Shown piece after piece: positions 15,096 through 24,421 of a DNA stretch of 50,527 bases (the first letter of the stretch is position 1; every line of letters starts with the position of its first letter). Made by a program: the position numbers and the translations under genes. The DNA is from Bacillota bacterium (GTDB taxonomy: Bacteria > Bacillota > Halanaerobiia > Halanaerobiales > DATFIM01). The stretch spans positions 1-50,527 of the forward strand of contig JBNJDL010000002.1 of NCBI GenBank assembly GCA_051744825.1, read 5' to 3'. Below the pieces are notes generated by a model. The model was not told the DNA's origin, did no database searches, and saw only the letters and a list, made by a program, of their open reading frames with translations.

Positions 15096-15479
15096 ATGAA
15101 AAGACTTTTCAAAAGGTCTAAAAGTTTTGTAGTAATTGATAGGCATATAAGCAGAGTACCTAAGAAATTAAAAGAATTAGATGAAGATTATTATATATTA
15201 TGGAATAGCACCAAAGAACGTTTTGAGGTGCATAATGATGAGCAAGAAGGTGGTTCTTTAGCATTTGTAGTAGGTGGCAATGAATTAGACGATAGAGTCA
15301 TACAGAAAGCTAGAGAAACAGCTAGCCATAGAGCTTTTAAAATAATTGAAGAATTAGAAGCTGAATATGAACGTAAAAAAAGAGATGAGAAAAAAGAAAG
15401 ACGTGAAGCTGTTGAATCAAGATTTGGCAAGATATATGACCAAATCCAAAACAAACCGCAGGTGGTGGTTAAAAAATGA
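15096..15479 (+). CDS. hypothetical virion-module protein (127 aa)
   Basis: AGGAGTG RBS. Position in the head/neck module. Confidence 0.55.
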   Translation: MKRLFKRSKSFVVIDRHISRVPKKLKELDEDYYILWNSTKERFEVHNDEQEGGSLAFVVGGNELDDRVIQKARETASHRAFKIIEELEAEYERKKRDEKKERREAVESRFGKIYDQIQNKPQVVVKK

Positions 15480-16021
15480 AAATAGAAGATATAATTATTG
15501 ATGCACAGACTGAAATTGATAGACAAATAAACTCTAATATAGCTATTAAATACATCAATAATATAACTAGACGATTAGCAGTTAATTATCCTACCGCAAG
15601 AGAAATTAAACCTATAATAATAGAATCTAATGACAGTTTGGAATATCACGATTTAACTGAACTAGTAGATTCTGTTTTAAAGGTTAATAATGTTAAATAT
15701 GCAGACAATTTATATAAATTTACAGATTACGAAGTAGAAGATAAGAAAATAAGATTTTTTAAAGATGGTAAATACAAAGTTAGAGTGGCTAAAATACCTG
15801 ATAGAAATGGAAGTAAAACAGAAGAAGCTAATATAAGAAATGAATATCATGTAGCATTAAGCAAATGGGTAGCACATAAAGAGTTATCACGTTTATTAGG
15901 TGCTAATTATGAAGATTCAAAAATAAAAGAAGAAGAATTTTGGGTAATGGTTAGAGAAATAGATACTCAAATAGATAGATTGGATAAAAAACCTAGAATA
16001 ATTAAAGCACCAAAATGGTAG
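15476..16021 (+). CDS. hypothetical head-tail joining-region protein (181 aa)
   Basis: ATGA overlap with the upstream gene. Called on synteny only. Confidence 0.5.
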   Translation: MKIEDIIIDAQTEIDRQINSNIAIKYINNITRRLAVNYPTAREIKPIIIESNDSLEYHDLTELVDSVLKVNNVKYADNLYKFTDYEVEDKKIRFFKDGKYKVRVAKIPDRNGSKTEEANIRNEYHVALSKWVAHKELSRLLGANYEDSKIKEEEFWVMVREIDTQIDRLDKKPRIIKAPKW

Positions 16022-16029
16022 GTGGTTAG

Positions 16030-17769
16030 ATGTCGGAATTAAAATTTTATGATGATTTTAGAAAAGGAATAAATGACACATCTTCACCAAATCAATTAAA
16101 AGATAATGAAATGTTTGAAGCTGAAAATGTTGATTTGAATTCACGTGGTGGATTCACAACAAGAAAAGGTGCGACAAAATTAAATGATACATCATTAGAT
16201 GGAAAAATATTAAATATTAAAGAATGGACTGTAGGAGCAGAACAAAGATTGATAATATTAAGGAAAAAATCATCAGATGGTACTTTAGAAGTAGGTGAAT
16301 TAAAAGATGATACATTTACACCTAAACAAGTAATATCAGATGAAAATGCTTCATTCTTTTCATTTAAGAAGGGTTTTCATATCATAGATACCGTTGATGA
16401 AAAGATATATGAATGGGGTACATATGATTTTGTAGAAACACAAGGAACTATTGATTTATCAACTGATGCTATTGTTATGGCAGAAAACGGGAAATTTTAC
16501 AAATCAATTAATGTTACAGGTTCTACAGACTTAACCGCTGAAGATTTTACAAATACAAGCAATTGGGAAGATGTAACTTACTTAGAAAATGTAATATCAA
16601 ACGTTTGTAGATTATTAAATGAAAATGAAGCAACTGATAATGATATGTCACCTATTAAAAAATGTACTATGTTTGAATTTTATAACGATGCTCAAAAGGT
16701 ATTTGCATCAGGGAATCCCGATGACCCATCAGCATTATATTTTTCTGAATCACTAGATTTTGGGTATTTCAAAGAAACAAATGTATTATATCCAACAACA
16801 AATGAAGGAAAAGTAACAGCAATTAAGGACTTTTCAGATGCATTAATGGTGAGTTATTCAAATAGATGGTACTTTTGGCGTGGTGTAGATATATCTGATG
16901 CAACTTGGCGACCATTACCATTAAGCTATGGTTGTTTAGCACCTGATTCATTAGTAGTAACACCAATGAGTTTGACATTTTTAGGTAGAGATAATCTTCA
17001 TACTATAGATATTAATTTGGTATCAAATCAAGTTATATCAATGCAATCTTATGAAATGGTCAATAGTGTTTCAGAAGGAACAGTAGAAGGAATAATAGAC
17101 AGTATTAAAAATAAAGAATTAGCCAAAGCAACTTTTTACAAAGGGAAATATATTTTATTTTATTGTGATGATGAGTCACTAAATTACAACAATAAAGTTT
17201 TAATATACAACTGGGAATCTAAAGGTTTTACAGTATATTCAAATTGGAAAATTAATTCTATATCAAATACCTCAAGAGGCGATTTATTAATAGCTTTCGA
17301 AAATTACGTTTTAAATACTTATGAAGGTTATAGCGATGTAAACCTTGAAGATGGTACAAAACAAGGTATACCAATCAAAATTCGGACTAAAAACTATTAT
17401 ATGGATTCATTCTTAAACCCGAAAGAGATAATAAGGTTATTTTTAGTTTTTCAACAAAAATTACATGATGATTCTCAAGCTAAAGTATCCATTAATGGTA
17501 ACTATGTTGAAAAATCATTAGGTGAAATACCATTATCAGAATCTTTAATATGGGGTAGAGATTGGGGGAGTGTATGGGGCTGGTCAGATATGACTATTAA
17601 AACATTTGCACCAAAAGTCAAATTAAATTATATCAATATATCAATTGAAAATAGTCAAATAGATGACCCTATAACTTTATATGCACTAGGATTTGAATAT
17701 AATGTATTAAAACCTGAGCATGAAACAGAAAGATATTCCAAAGAAGATGATTTATTAACAGTTAATTAA
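16030..17769 (+). CDS. large virion structural protein (579 aa; tail/adaptor candidate)
   Basis: AGGTGG RBS. Beta-rich composition. Called on synteny only. Confidence 0.55.
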   Translation: MSELKFYDDFRKGINDTSSPNQLKDNEMFEAENVDLNSRGGFTTRKGATKLNDTSLDGKILNIKEWTVGAEQRLIILRKKSSDGTLEVGELKDDTFTPKQVISDENASFFSFKKGFHIIDTVDEKIYEWGTYDFVETQGTIDLSTDAIVMAENGKFYKSINVTGSTDLTAEDFTNTSNWEDVTYLENVISNVCRLLNENEATDNDMSPIKKCTMFEFYNDAQKVFASGNPDDPSALYFSESLDFGYFKETNVLYPTTNEGKVTAIKDFSDALMVSYSNRWYFWRGVDISDATWRPLPLSYGCLAPDSLVVTPMSLTFLGRDNLHTIDINLVSNQVISMQSYEMVNSVSEGTVEGIIDSIKNKELAKATFYKGKYILFYCDDESLNYNNKVLIYNWESKGFTVYSNWKINSISNTSRGDLLIAFENYVLNTYEGYSDVNLEDGTKQGIPIKIRTKNYYMDSFLNPKEIIRLFLVFQQKLHDDSQAKVSINGNYVEKSLGEIPLSESLIWGRDWGSVWGWSDMTIKTFAPKVKLNYINISIENSQIDDPITLYALGFEYNVLKPEHETERYSKEDDLLTVN

Positions 17770-17784
17770 GAAAGAGGTGATTAT

Positions 17785-18429
17785 ATGGCGAAAAAAGAAG
17801 GTTATAAACCTAATAGAGAATTTTCAGCTGATTATGGCGATAAGTCAACAGGGAACAGCGGAGCTGATACAATAGAAAAAGATATTGACAAATTAATGGC
17901 AATGTTTAACCCTGATACTACTACGACCGACCCAATGACAGGAGAAGTTTTTCAAGGTGGTATTGGTTCTAATAATATGCAAGATGGCGGAACAACTTTA
18001 TCAAAATTAGAATCAATAACATTAAACGATTCTTCTACAGCTGACCCAGCTTCAGGTGATTTATCAGTTGATGAAGTTTTAAATGTATTATCGACTATGA
18101 TTAAAAAGATTACAGGTAAAGCTAATTATTATATAGACCCAGCCGAAAACATTGAAGGCTTAAAAGAACAGATTGACGGTGTAATCGACACAACCTATAC
18201 TAAAACCGAATTAAACGGTGGACAATTGGATAGTAGGTATTATACAAAATATGAAGCTGAGAATTATGTAGATAATAAGGTTTTTGGAACCGACAATATA
18301 GGGGATAAAACAATAACTGGAAAGAAACTGTCGCCAGACATTATACAAACAGTTGAAACATCTGTATTAAAATCAATAATGGAAGAAGCTGACAGAAGAC
18401 TAGAGATAATAGGAATATTGGGGGTGTAG
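17785..18429 (+). CDS. structural protein (214 aa; fibre/needle-like)
   Basis: AGAGGTGA RBS. G/T/D-rich N-terminus and a coiled-coil-like C-terminal half. Confidence 0.5.
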   Translation: MAKKEGYKPNREFSADYGDKSTGNSGADTIEKDIDKLMAMFNPDTTTTDPMTGEVFQGGIGSNNMQDGGTTLSKLESITLNDSSTADPASGDLSVDEVLNVLSTMIKKITGKANYYIDPAENIEGLKEQIDGVIDTTYTKTELNGGQLDSRYYTKYEAENYVDNKVFGTDNIGDKTITGKKLSPDIIQTVETSVLKSIMEEADRRLEIIGILGV

Positions 18430-18432
18430 ATA

Positions 18433-19488
18433 ATGGCAATAACAGAGCCAAAAAGATTATTTGATTCAGAATTAACATTAACAAAAGAAGTCATTGCTAA
18501 TACAGGTTCAGAAAAATGGATAATATCAGATTTATGGATAAGTAATAAAACCGATGTTGTGAGAGAAGTAACTGTATTAGTAGCTTATCAAGGTGCTGTC
18601 GTGGAAGAAAAAAGAACATTACTGCCTAAAATAAAATTAGAACCAAATCAAACTATGGTTTTAGGAAATGTAATTGTTGAACCAAACGAAACTATTTATG
18701 CATCATCTCAAGGAGAAGTGCATGCTTTTTATGATTTAACTTCACCAAATGAAAATGGAAATTTAAAATTTATAGCAAAAGAAAATGAAGAAAGTGGAAA
18801 TGACATCACGTTAGAAGTTATTAATCCACAAGTAGTAGACCAAGAATTAAGTTGTACAGTTGATGCAAATGCTAAAACAATAAATATTTCATTAGCAACT
18901 GACGCAACTACAACACCAGTCAAAGCAGATTTTACAACTGATTTTTTTGACCCTGACAATGATGTAGTGTTCACTTCAAAAGAATTCGGGGCTGACGGGA
19001 ACAATATTCAAATAGAAATTATCAACGCAGGCAACGACCAAGCATTAGGAATTGTTGAAGAAGGTTGGAAAATAACAATCACTCCAGCTACAGATAGTGG
19101 AGGAAACATTACAACAACTGCTAGCGATTTAGTTACAGAAATAAATAACAATTCAACTTTAATTGATTGTGAATTAAAAGAAGGTGATGAAGGTACTGGA
19201 TTTATCAGAGAGTTATCTTTAACTGATTTAACTGGTGGCGTTGATGCAACAGTAACTACAACTGGAAATGACATAATTAACCTTTTAAAAACAAATGAAA
19301 ATTTGGATTCACTAGTTTATATTGAAAGATTAGGCAATGATGACGGTACAGGTGTAGTAGACCATATAACCGTTGATGGAGAACATAATCATCAAGTTAA
19401 TTTTATAGGTGGCGATTATGACAAGTATAATCCTAATCATGTTGGAATAACAGGCGTTACAATAGTAGGATATGGGAGAGTGGTATAG
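18433..19488 (+). CDS. structural protein with T/N/D-rich repeated modules (351 aa)
   Basis: Recurrent segments ...ITLEVINPQ..., ...IQIEIINAG..., ...ITITPATDSGGNITTTASDLV... suggest repeated beta domains. Confidence 0.5.
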   Translation: MAITEPKRLFDSELTLTKEVIANTGSEKWIISDLWISNKTDVVREVTVLVAYQGAVVEEKRTLLPKIKLEPNQTMVLGNVIVEPNETIYASSQGEVHAFYDLTSPNENGNLKFIAKENEESGNDITLEVINPQVVDQELSCTVDANAKTINISLATDATTTPVKADFTTDFFDPDNDVVFTSKEFGADGNNIQIEIINAGNDQALGIVEEGWKITITPATDSGGNITTTASDLVTEINNNSTLIDCELKEGDEGTGFIRELSLTDLTGGVDATVTTTGNDIINLLKTNENLDSLVYIERLGNDDGTGVVDHITVDGEHNHQVNFIGGDYDKYNPNHVGITGVTIVGYGRVV

Positions 19489-20019
19489 ATGGCTCAAGGT
19501 GTAGTATTTCCAAGTAATAATTTATCAGAATATCAGAACAGACAGGATACTCCTATTGGAGATTTTAATTATTGGATTGATATGTTATTAAGAGAAGATG
19601 GAGAAGGTATACTTGAAAATCTTATGAGTTATCAGCCAACAGCAGAGCAGATTATCAATAATGAAGTTGCTATGTTTATTATAATGGAAGGTAAACCTGT
19701 TTCAAGTGGTGAAAAGACTAAGGTTACTTTATGGTCTGGCAAAATGACTAGCTCTACTGATGATATGTACACAACAGTTTACACAGTACCAATAGGGAAG
19801 CAAGTTATTATAACAGACTTCATAGTTCATGGAACAACTACACAGACTAAATTAGCAATCAACGAACAAGATATAACTGATTTTATTCATTTAACTGTTG
19901 AAAATCCAAATGAACAAATTTATTTATATCATAAAGCAGATGAAGGTGATGAAATTCAAATTTATGACCAACACGATAACAATTCAAGTGAAATTATCGG
20001 TTATATACAGGATAAATAG
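19489..20019 (+). CDS. structural protein (176 aa)
   Basis: Start abuts the upstream stop. Called on synteny. Confidence 0.5.
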   Translation: MAQGVVFPSNNLSEYQNRQDTPIGDFNYWIDMLLREDGEGILENLMSYQPTAEQIINNEVAMFIIMEGKPVSSGEKTKVTLWSGKMTSSTDDMYTTVYTVPIGKQVIITDFIVHGTTTQTKLAINEQDITDFIHLTVENPNEQIYLYHKADEGDEIQIYDQHDNNSSEIIGYIQDK

Positions 20020-20031
20020 GAGGTGTTTTAA

Positions 20032-21033
20032 TTGAGTTTACAAGATGTTTTTTTAAATGGCAAATACGGTGTTGGTAATGGTTTAGCAAATTATTTTAAA
20101 TTACCTAAAAATGCAATTCATCAAGCAAATACAAAAGAAGATATAATTAATACATTAAATGCTTTTGAAGATTTATGTCAAAGTCAAGAAGCTATGGATT
20201 TTTTTGAGGGTAGATTTTCATCATTAGATGATATTTTAATTAATCAAGATAATAAGGTAAAGTGGATTGCAAGTATACTGGGATTTAATCCCAGTCATTA
20301 TTCTGATGTGGATACATTGTTAAATTCTCAAGAGAATCGTGATGCAATATTAAATTCTCAAGAAATTATAAATGTAGTAAGCCTATCAAATACAATTACA
20401 GGAAAATTATCCGCAAGTTTAGCAGGGTTAGATTCAACAGAATACGCTGATATGGATGCAGTAGCAAATGATGAAACAGCTATGGATGCAGTAGCAAATT
20501 CTTCTGATGCAATAGATACAATAAAATCTAATATAACAACAGTTGTCGATAATATGGAAACAGAGTTTCCAGTATTATATGAAGGAACAATGTTTCTTCA
20601 AACTAATTGGGATGAGATTGAAGGTGACTCTGATGATGGAATAACTGCATCTCAGTTTAGCAGAGATGGTTATTATGAATTTAAAATGCGTGGAGATGAT
20701 GCAAATACTGGCTATGTTGTCTTTTACAGCAAAGAGCAATTTGATTTTACTGATATAAATGAAGTAGATTTTGATTTTGAAATAGGCTATGACGATGGAG
20801 AAACTCCAAGATTATATTTAGGTATAAATTCTGACAATACACAAACGTCAAGTGTTTTCAGTACAAGATACTATGATGCAGGTGTTAACGCATCTGACCC
20901 AAGAAAAACAGTAACAGTTGATACAAGTGATATTACAGGTATGCAGTATTTAAAGATAGCAATGTATGATGATGAATCTTCTGCTGACGCATCTTTAAAT
21001 GTAGATATGTATAATATAGTTTTAAGAAAATAG
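20032..21033 (+). CDS. structural protein (333 aa; receptor-binding candidate)
   Basis: TTG start after AGGAGGTG. Contains an internal near-duplicate NSQENRDAILNSQEIIN and MDAVANDETAMDAVANSSDA. Confidence 0.5.
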   Translation: MSLQDVFLNGKYGVGNGLANYFKLPKNAIHQANTKEDIINTLNAFEDLCQSQEAMDFFEGRFSSLDDILINQDNKVKWIASILGFNPSHYSDVDTLLNSQENRDAILNSQEIINVVSLSNTITGKLSASLAGLDSTEYADMDAVANDETAMDAVANSSDAIDTIKSNITTVVDNMETEFPVLYEGTMFLQTNWDEIEGDSDDGITASQFSRDGYYEFKMRGDDANTGYVVFYSKEQFDFTDINEVDFDFEIGYDDGETPRLYLGINSDNTQTSSVFSTRYYDAGVNASDPRKTVTVDTSDITGMQYLKIAMYDDESSADASLNVDMYNIVLRK

Positions 21034-21044
21034 GAGGGGTTTAA

Positions 21045-21365
21045 ATGGTATATGTAATTTATGATAATGAAAGTAAAGTTGTTAAACAAATAAATACAGA
21101 AGAACCTACAACTGTAGAAGAAGGTTTTTCTGTAGCAACAAGTGATGCTTTAAGTGTTGGTGATGAAATAACATATCATACTATAATACATGAAGTTGAT
21201 GAAGATGGGAAGATAACAAGATATAGCGGATATACGATTGCCCCAAATGTTAAAGATTTACTTGATAAATTAGATAAAAAAGAAACAGAAGTTGAAAATT
21301 TAAAATCACAATTAACTTTAACTCAACAAGCATTAGATGAGTTAATTCTAGGAGGTGCTTTATAA
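21045..21365 (+). CDS. hypothetical protein (106 aa)
   Basis: AGGAGGGG RBS. C-terminal coiled coil. Confidence 0.55.
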   Translation: MVYVIYDNESKVVKQINTEEPTTVEEGFSVATSDALSVGDEITYHTIIHEVDEDGKITRYSGYTIAPNVKDLLDKLDKKETEVENLKSQLTLTQQALDELILGGAL

Positions 21366-21502
21366 TGGGTAAATATTTAGCTAAAAGGATTATTGAAGGG
21401 GTTTATTCTTATGATTATGTGATAGGTAAAAGAGGAGATTTAAAAGATAGTATAGATGAATGTTTAAAACAAGAAGATAAAGAAAATCTTATAACATCTT
21501 AG
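21365..21502 (+). CDS. small protein (45 aa, hand-translated)
   Basis: AGGAGGTG RBS. ATG overlaps the upstream TAA. MGKYLAKRIIEGVYSYDYVIGKRGDLKDSIDECLKQEDKENLITS*. Confidence 0.45.
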   Translation: MGKYLAKRIIEGVYSYDYVIGKRGDLKDSIDECLKQEDKENLITS

Positions 21503-21514
21503 GGGTGATATAAA

Positions 21515-21699
21515 ATGATTACCCTAGAGGGTATTTTAGACCCTGCTACTGCTTCTATTAACGAAATAGATAATGTAGAAGTTAAAAAAATGGTATTTAT
21601 GATGAAATGGATTTATTTAATGGAGAACAAAATACTGCTAATAAGAAAGAATATGAATATTCTGTAGTACCTGTTGATATAAGTGGTATTTTAAGTTAA
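21515..21699 (+). CDS. small ORF interrupted at an A7 run (needs one extra A to stay in a protein-like frame)
   Basis: Frame 0 gives MITLEGILDPATASINEIDNVEVKK and then hydrophobic junk ending at 21662. With an A8 reading the frame continues NGIYDEMDLFNGEQNTANKKEYEYSVVPVDISGILS* to 21699, directly before a terminator. Confidence 0.3.
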
Positions 21700-21705
21700 T
21701 CAATA

Positions 21706-21730
21706 GGGTAGTGTAACAACTACCCTTTTA
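21706..21730 (+). terminator. rho-independent terminator
   Basis: GGGTAGT-GTAACA-ACTACCC, a 7-bp stem, followed by TTTT. Confidence 0.6.
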
Positions 21731-21741
21731 AGGAGGTGACA

Positions 21742-22725
21742 ATGAAATTACAAGATATAATTTATTCAAATAAAGAAAGATTAGAAAAAATTAATACACC
21801 AAAACCAACGGGTGATACTCATAAAGTATTAATATTAGAGTCGAAATTAGCACACAAGGATAATGTAATCGAGATAGAAGATTGCCCTTTAGCTGATAAT
21901 TTCAATCGTGGGTATCACGCTCTAAGCGTTGGGAGTATTATCAAAACTATCAATCCATCAGTAAAATTATATACTATGCACCTAGAAATAGATATTGAAC
22001 CCATTATAATTTGGTGTATTGATAACAACGTACGAGTTATTAATATGTCAGTAGCTACACATGATACAGATGAAAGAATTGAGCAACTTAAAAGATATGC
22101 TGATTGGGGCGGAATTGTAGTTGGAGCGAGTGGAAATTGGGAAGGACATTCAGTATCATTCCCTGCTGATGATGAAAATTCTATAGGTGTATCAGCTACT
22201 AATACAGAGGATACCAACGGCGAAGAAGTAGACATCACTGTAGAAAGTTGGTGGAGGGCGAAACAATATGGACACGATAGATTGATAGGATTTCCTGGCA
22301 CAAGTGGTTCTGCTCCTATAATAAGCGGAGTTGCTACACATTATTTGGAAGCAAATCCAAATGGTAATGTTGAAACTTTTAGAAAGTGGCTTAAAAGAAA
22401 TTCTTATACTGATATTGAAGTAGATGGAAAACTAGAAGAAGGAGAAAGGTTCTTTGTATTCCCTGATAATTTAGAAGATGAGGAGATAAATATGCCAAAT
22501 GAAAATAAAGATGTTATAAAATTATATCCTAGATGGAGTCAAAGTTCAGGGAAACCTACTTATAAATTAAATGATAAAGTTAAATCGATGGACGTTAAGC
22601 CTTTTATTGAAAACGGTCGTACTTTTGTACCTATTAGATTTGTAGCAGAAGCGTTAGGGTGTGAGATAGAATGGAATGAAGAAACAGGGGAAGTTAAAAT
22701 AATACAAAATGGGCAGAATGATTAA
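21742..22725 (+). CDS. S8 (subtilisin)-like peptidase fused to a copper-amine-oxidase-N-like (stalk) domain
   Basis: GYHALSVGSII (His box), VVGASGNWEG (Asn box) and GTSGSAPIISGVA (Ser box). The Asp box reads VLILES, with Glu in place of Asp. C-terminal VKPFIENGRTFVPIRFVAEALGCEIEWNEETGEVKI. ATG 21742 after AAGGAGG. Confidence 0.65.
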   Translation: MKLQDIIYSNKERLEKINTPKPTGDTHKVLILESKLAHKDNVIEIEDCPLADNFNRGYHALSVGSIIKTINPSVKLYTMHLEIDIEPIIIWCIDNNVRVINMSVATHDTDERIEQLKRYADWGGIVVGASGNWEGHSVSFPADDENSIGVSATNTEDTNGEEVDITVESWWRAKQYGHDRLIGFPGTSGSAPIISGVATHYLEANPNGNVETFRKWLKRNSYTDIEVDGKLEEGERFFVFPDNLEDEEINMPNENKDVIKLYPRWSQSSGKPTYKLNDKVKSMDVKPFIENGRTFVPIRFVAEALGCEIEWNEETGEVKIIQNGQND

Positions 22726-22726
22726 A

Positions 22727-22966
22727 ATGAAAAATAAAATTATAATCGCTTTGATTTTGATATTAACTCTAACATTTTCATTTAAAGTATTTTATAAATC
22801 TGACACTTTGGTTTTAAAATCAATAGAAGATGGAAAAATACACGAATTAAAAATAGATAAAGTTATAGATGAAAATAAAAAATATAAAAAAGGTCAAAAA
22901 TATAAGGTTACTTATCATTTTATATTTGGCAAGATGTTCAAAAGAAATATTGAATTATCAAAGTGA
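22727..22966 (+). CDS. small secreted or membrane-anchored protein
   Basis: MKNKIIIALILILTLTFSF signal/anchor sequence. I prefer ATG 22727 over the track start at 22709. Confidence 0.5.
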   Translation: MKNKIIIALILILTLTFSFKVFYKSDTLVLKSIEDGKIHELKIDKVIDENKKYKKGQKYKVTYHFIFGKMFKRNIELSK

Positions 22967-23038
22967 TTTTTTCCTTTTTTATAATCAGCAACCGTTATAT
23001 AATAAAAATAAAGGAATTTATAAATCAAAGGAGAATAT

Positions 23039-23455
23039 ATGGATAATCATTTAAAAAGCTTGCATGATAGCGAAATGATACAAGGACATATAAAGATAAT
23101 GAATGATAATAAGAATCGTAGTGAATCTAATACCCATAGACTTAATAAACATGATGAAAAAATAGAAGAATTATCAAAAGTGCATTCAGCACTTAATGGA
23201 ATCCAAACAGAAATGAAACATTTATCCAAAAAAATTGATGAAGTTAAAACCGATAAAGAAGTAATGGAAAAAAACAATAAATTACAATCAGAACAGAGCA
23301 AAGAATTTATAATGTTGATAAAAGAAGCTTCTTCAGAAATAGCAAAAAGCAACAAAAAAACTTGGGAAGATAGGATTGCTGATTGGATAGTACCTGTAAT
23401 ACTTATATCAGCTTTATATATGATTCTTCAAGCTTTAAATGCAGGTATAATTTAG
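23039..23455 (+). CDS. XhlA-like lysis-associated membrane protein (coiled coil plus C-terminal TM)
   Basis: Long coiled coil followed by WIVPVILISALYMILQAL. Sits immediately upstream of the amidase and holin, as in PBSX-type xhlA-xhlB-xlyA cassettes. Confidence 0.5.
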   Translation: MDNHLKSLHDSEMIQGHIKIMNDNKNRSESNTHRLNKHDEKIEELSKVHSALNGIQTEMKHLSKKIDEVKTDKEVMEKNNKLQSEQSKEFIMLIKEASSEIAKSNKKTWEDRIADWIVPVILISALYMILQALNAGII

Positions 23456-23479
23456 AAAAGAAAGGACTGATTTTATGGG

Positions 23480-24187
23480 GTGAAAAAGATAAAAGTAGTA
23501 AATGGTATAATAAGAAATAAGAAAATCAACGGGATACCAGTTAACATTGACATAGTAGAACCTTACGGCAAAAAGAATGTCAGGACGTTGATACCATTAA
23601 GAAATCAAATTGGAATTACATATCACAACACATCTAACACAAATCCATCAGCTACAGATGAAATGCATGCTATATGGTTACAAAATTTAGAGAATGCAGA
23701 TAATAAATATGTATCCGCTCATATATTTGTTGATGAAGATTCAATAACACAAGTAATACCATTGACAGAAGAAACCTATCACGCTGGAGATGGAAAAAAA
23801 GGCGTAGGGAATTCAGAAACTATATCTATAGAAATATGTGAAAACAAAAATTATAAAAAAGCAGAGAGAAATGCTCAATTATTAGGGGCATCTATGTTAT
23901 TGCAAAATCCTAATTGGGATATCTTTAAACATGAAGATTGGAGCGGTAAAAATTGCCCTAGAGTAATTTTAAATAACAATAGGTGGAATGCATTCAAGAA
24001 TGAAATTTTAGAGATATTTGAGCAATCTAAAGTGGTTAATTGGAAATTAAGGGGGTTGAAATACTTATCAGATGAATTTAATGTAGATTATGATTATTGG
24101 GTTGAAAGAATTAATGAACCAGCACCTGTATGGGCTATGATGGAAATTATAGCTAGAGTAACAAGGAAATTAATTAAAGGTGATTAG
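23480..24187 (+). CDS. N-acetylmuramoyl-L-alanine amidase (Amidase_2/PGRP-type endolysin)
   Basis: ITYHNTSN, AHIFVDEDSITQVIP, TYHAGDG, SIEICEN and HEDWSGKNCP match the zinc-amidase signature. GTG start. Confidence 0.85.
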   Translation: MKKIKVVNGIIRNKKINGIPVNIDIVEPYGKKNVRTLIPLRNQIGITYHNTSNTNPSATDEMHAIWLQNLENADNKYVSAHIFVDEDSITQVIPLTEETYHAGDGKKGVGNSETISIEICENKNYKKAERNAQLLGASMLLQNPNWDIFKHEDWSGKNCPRVILNNNRWNAFKNEILEIFEQSKVVNWKLRGLKYLSDEFNVDYDYWVERINEPAPVWAMMEIIARVTRKLIKGD

Positions 24188-24199
24188 AAAGGGGTTAAT

Positions 24200-24409
24200 A
24201 TGAAAAAATTAGAAGAAATTTGGAAAAAAATATCAAACACTAAAAGTTTATTAGGTATTGCTTCGGCACTATTAATTATAACTAATAATTTAGGGATAGA
24301 TATAGACAATGTTACGGTAATGAATGTTGTAAAAGCTGTATTAACTATCTTAGTTATATTAGGAATAATTAATAATGATGGAATGGATACTTCAGATTGG
24401 AATAAATAG
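24200..24409 (+). CDS. holin (small, phiLC3/Phage_holin_1-like)
   Basis: 69 aa with hydrophobic segments LLGIASALLIITNNLGI and VVKAVLTILVILGII. Adjacent to the endolysin. Confidence 0.7.
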   Translation: MKKLEEIWKKISNTKSLLGIASALLIITNNLGIDIDNVTVMNVVKAVLTILVILGIINNDGMDTSDWNK

Positions 24410-24421
24410 GAGGTAATTACA

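Noticed and set aside
20620-20640. An isolated CUGAUGA on the plus strand inside the 20032-21033 gene, considered as a further hammerhead.
   Set aside because: There is no nearby GAAA with flanking stems and no GUC-type site in the required arrangement. A 7-mer is expected by chance in 50 kb.
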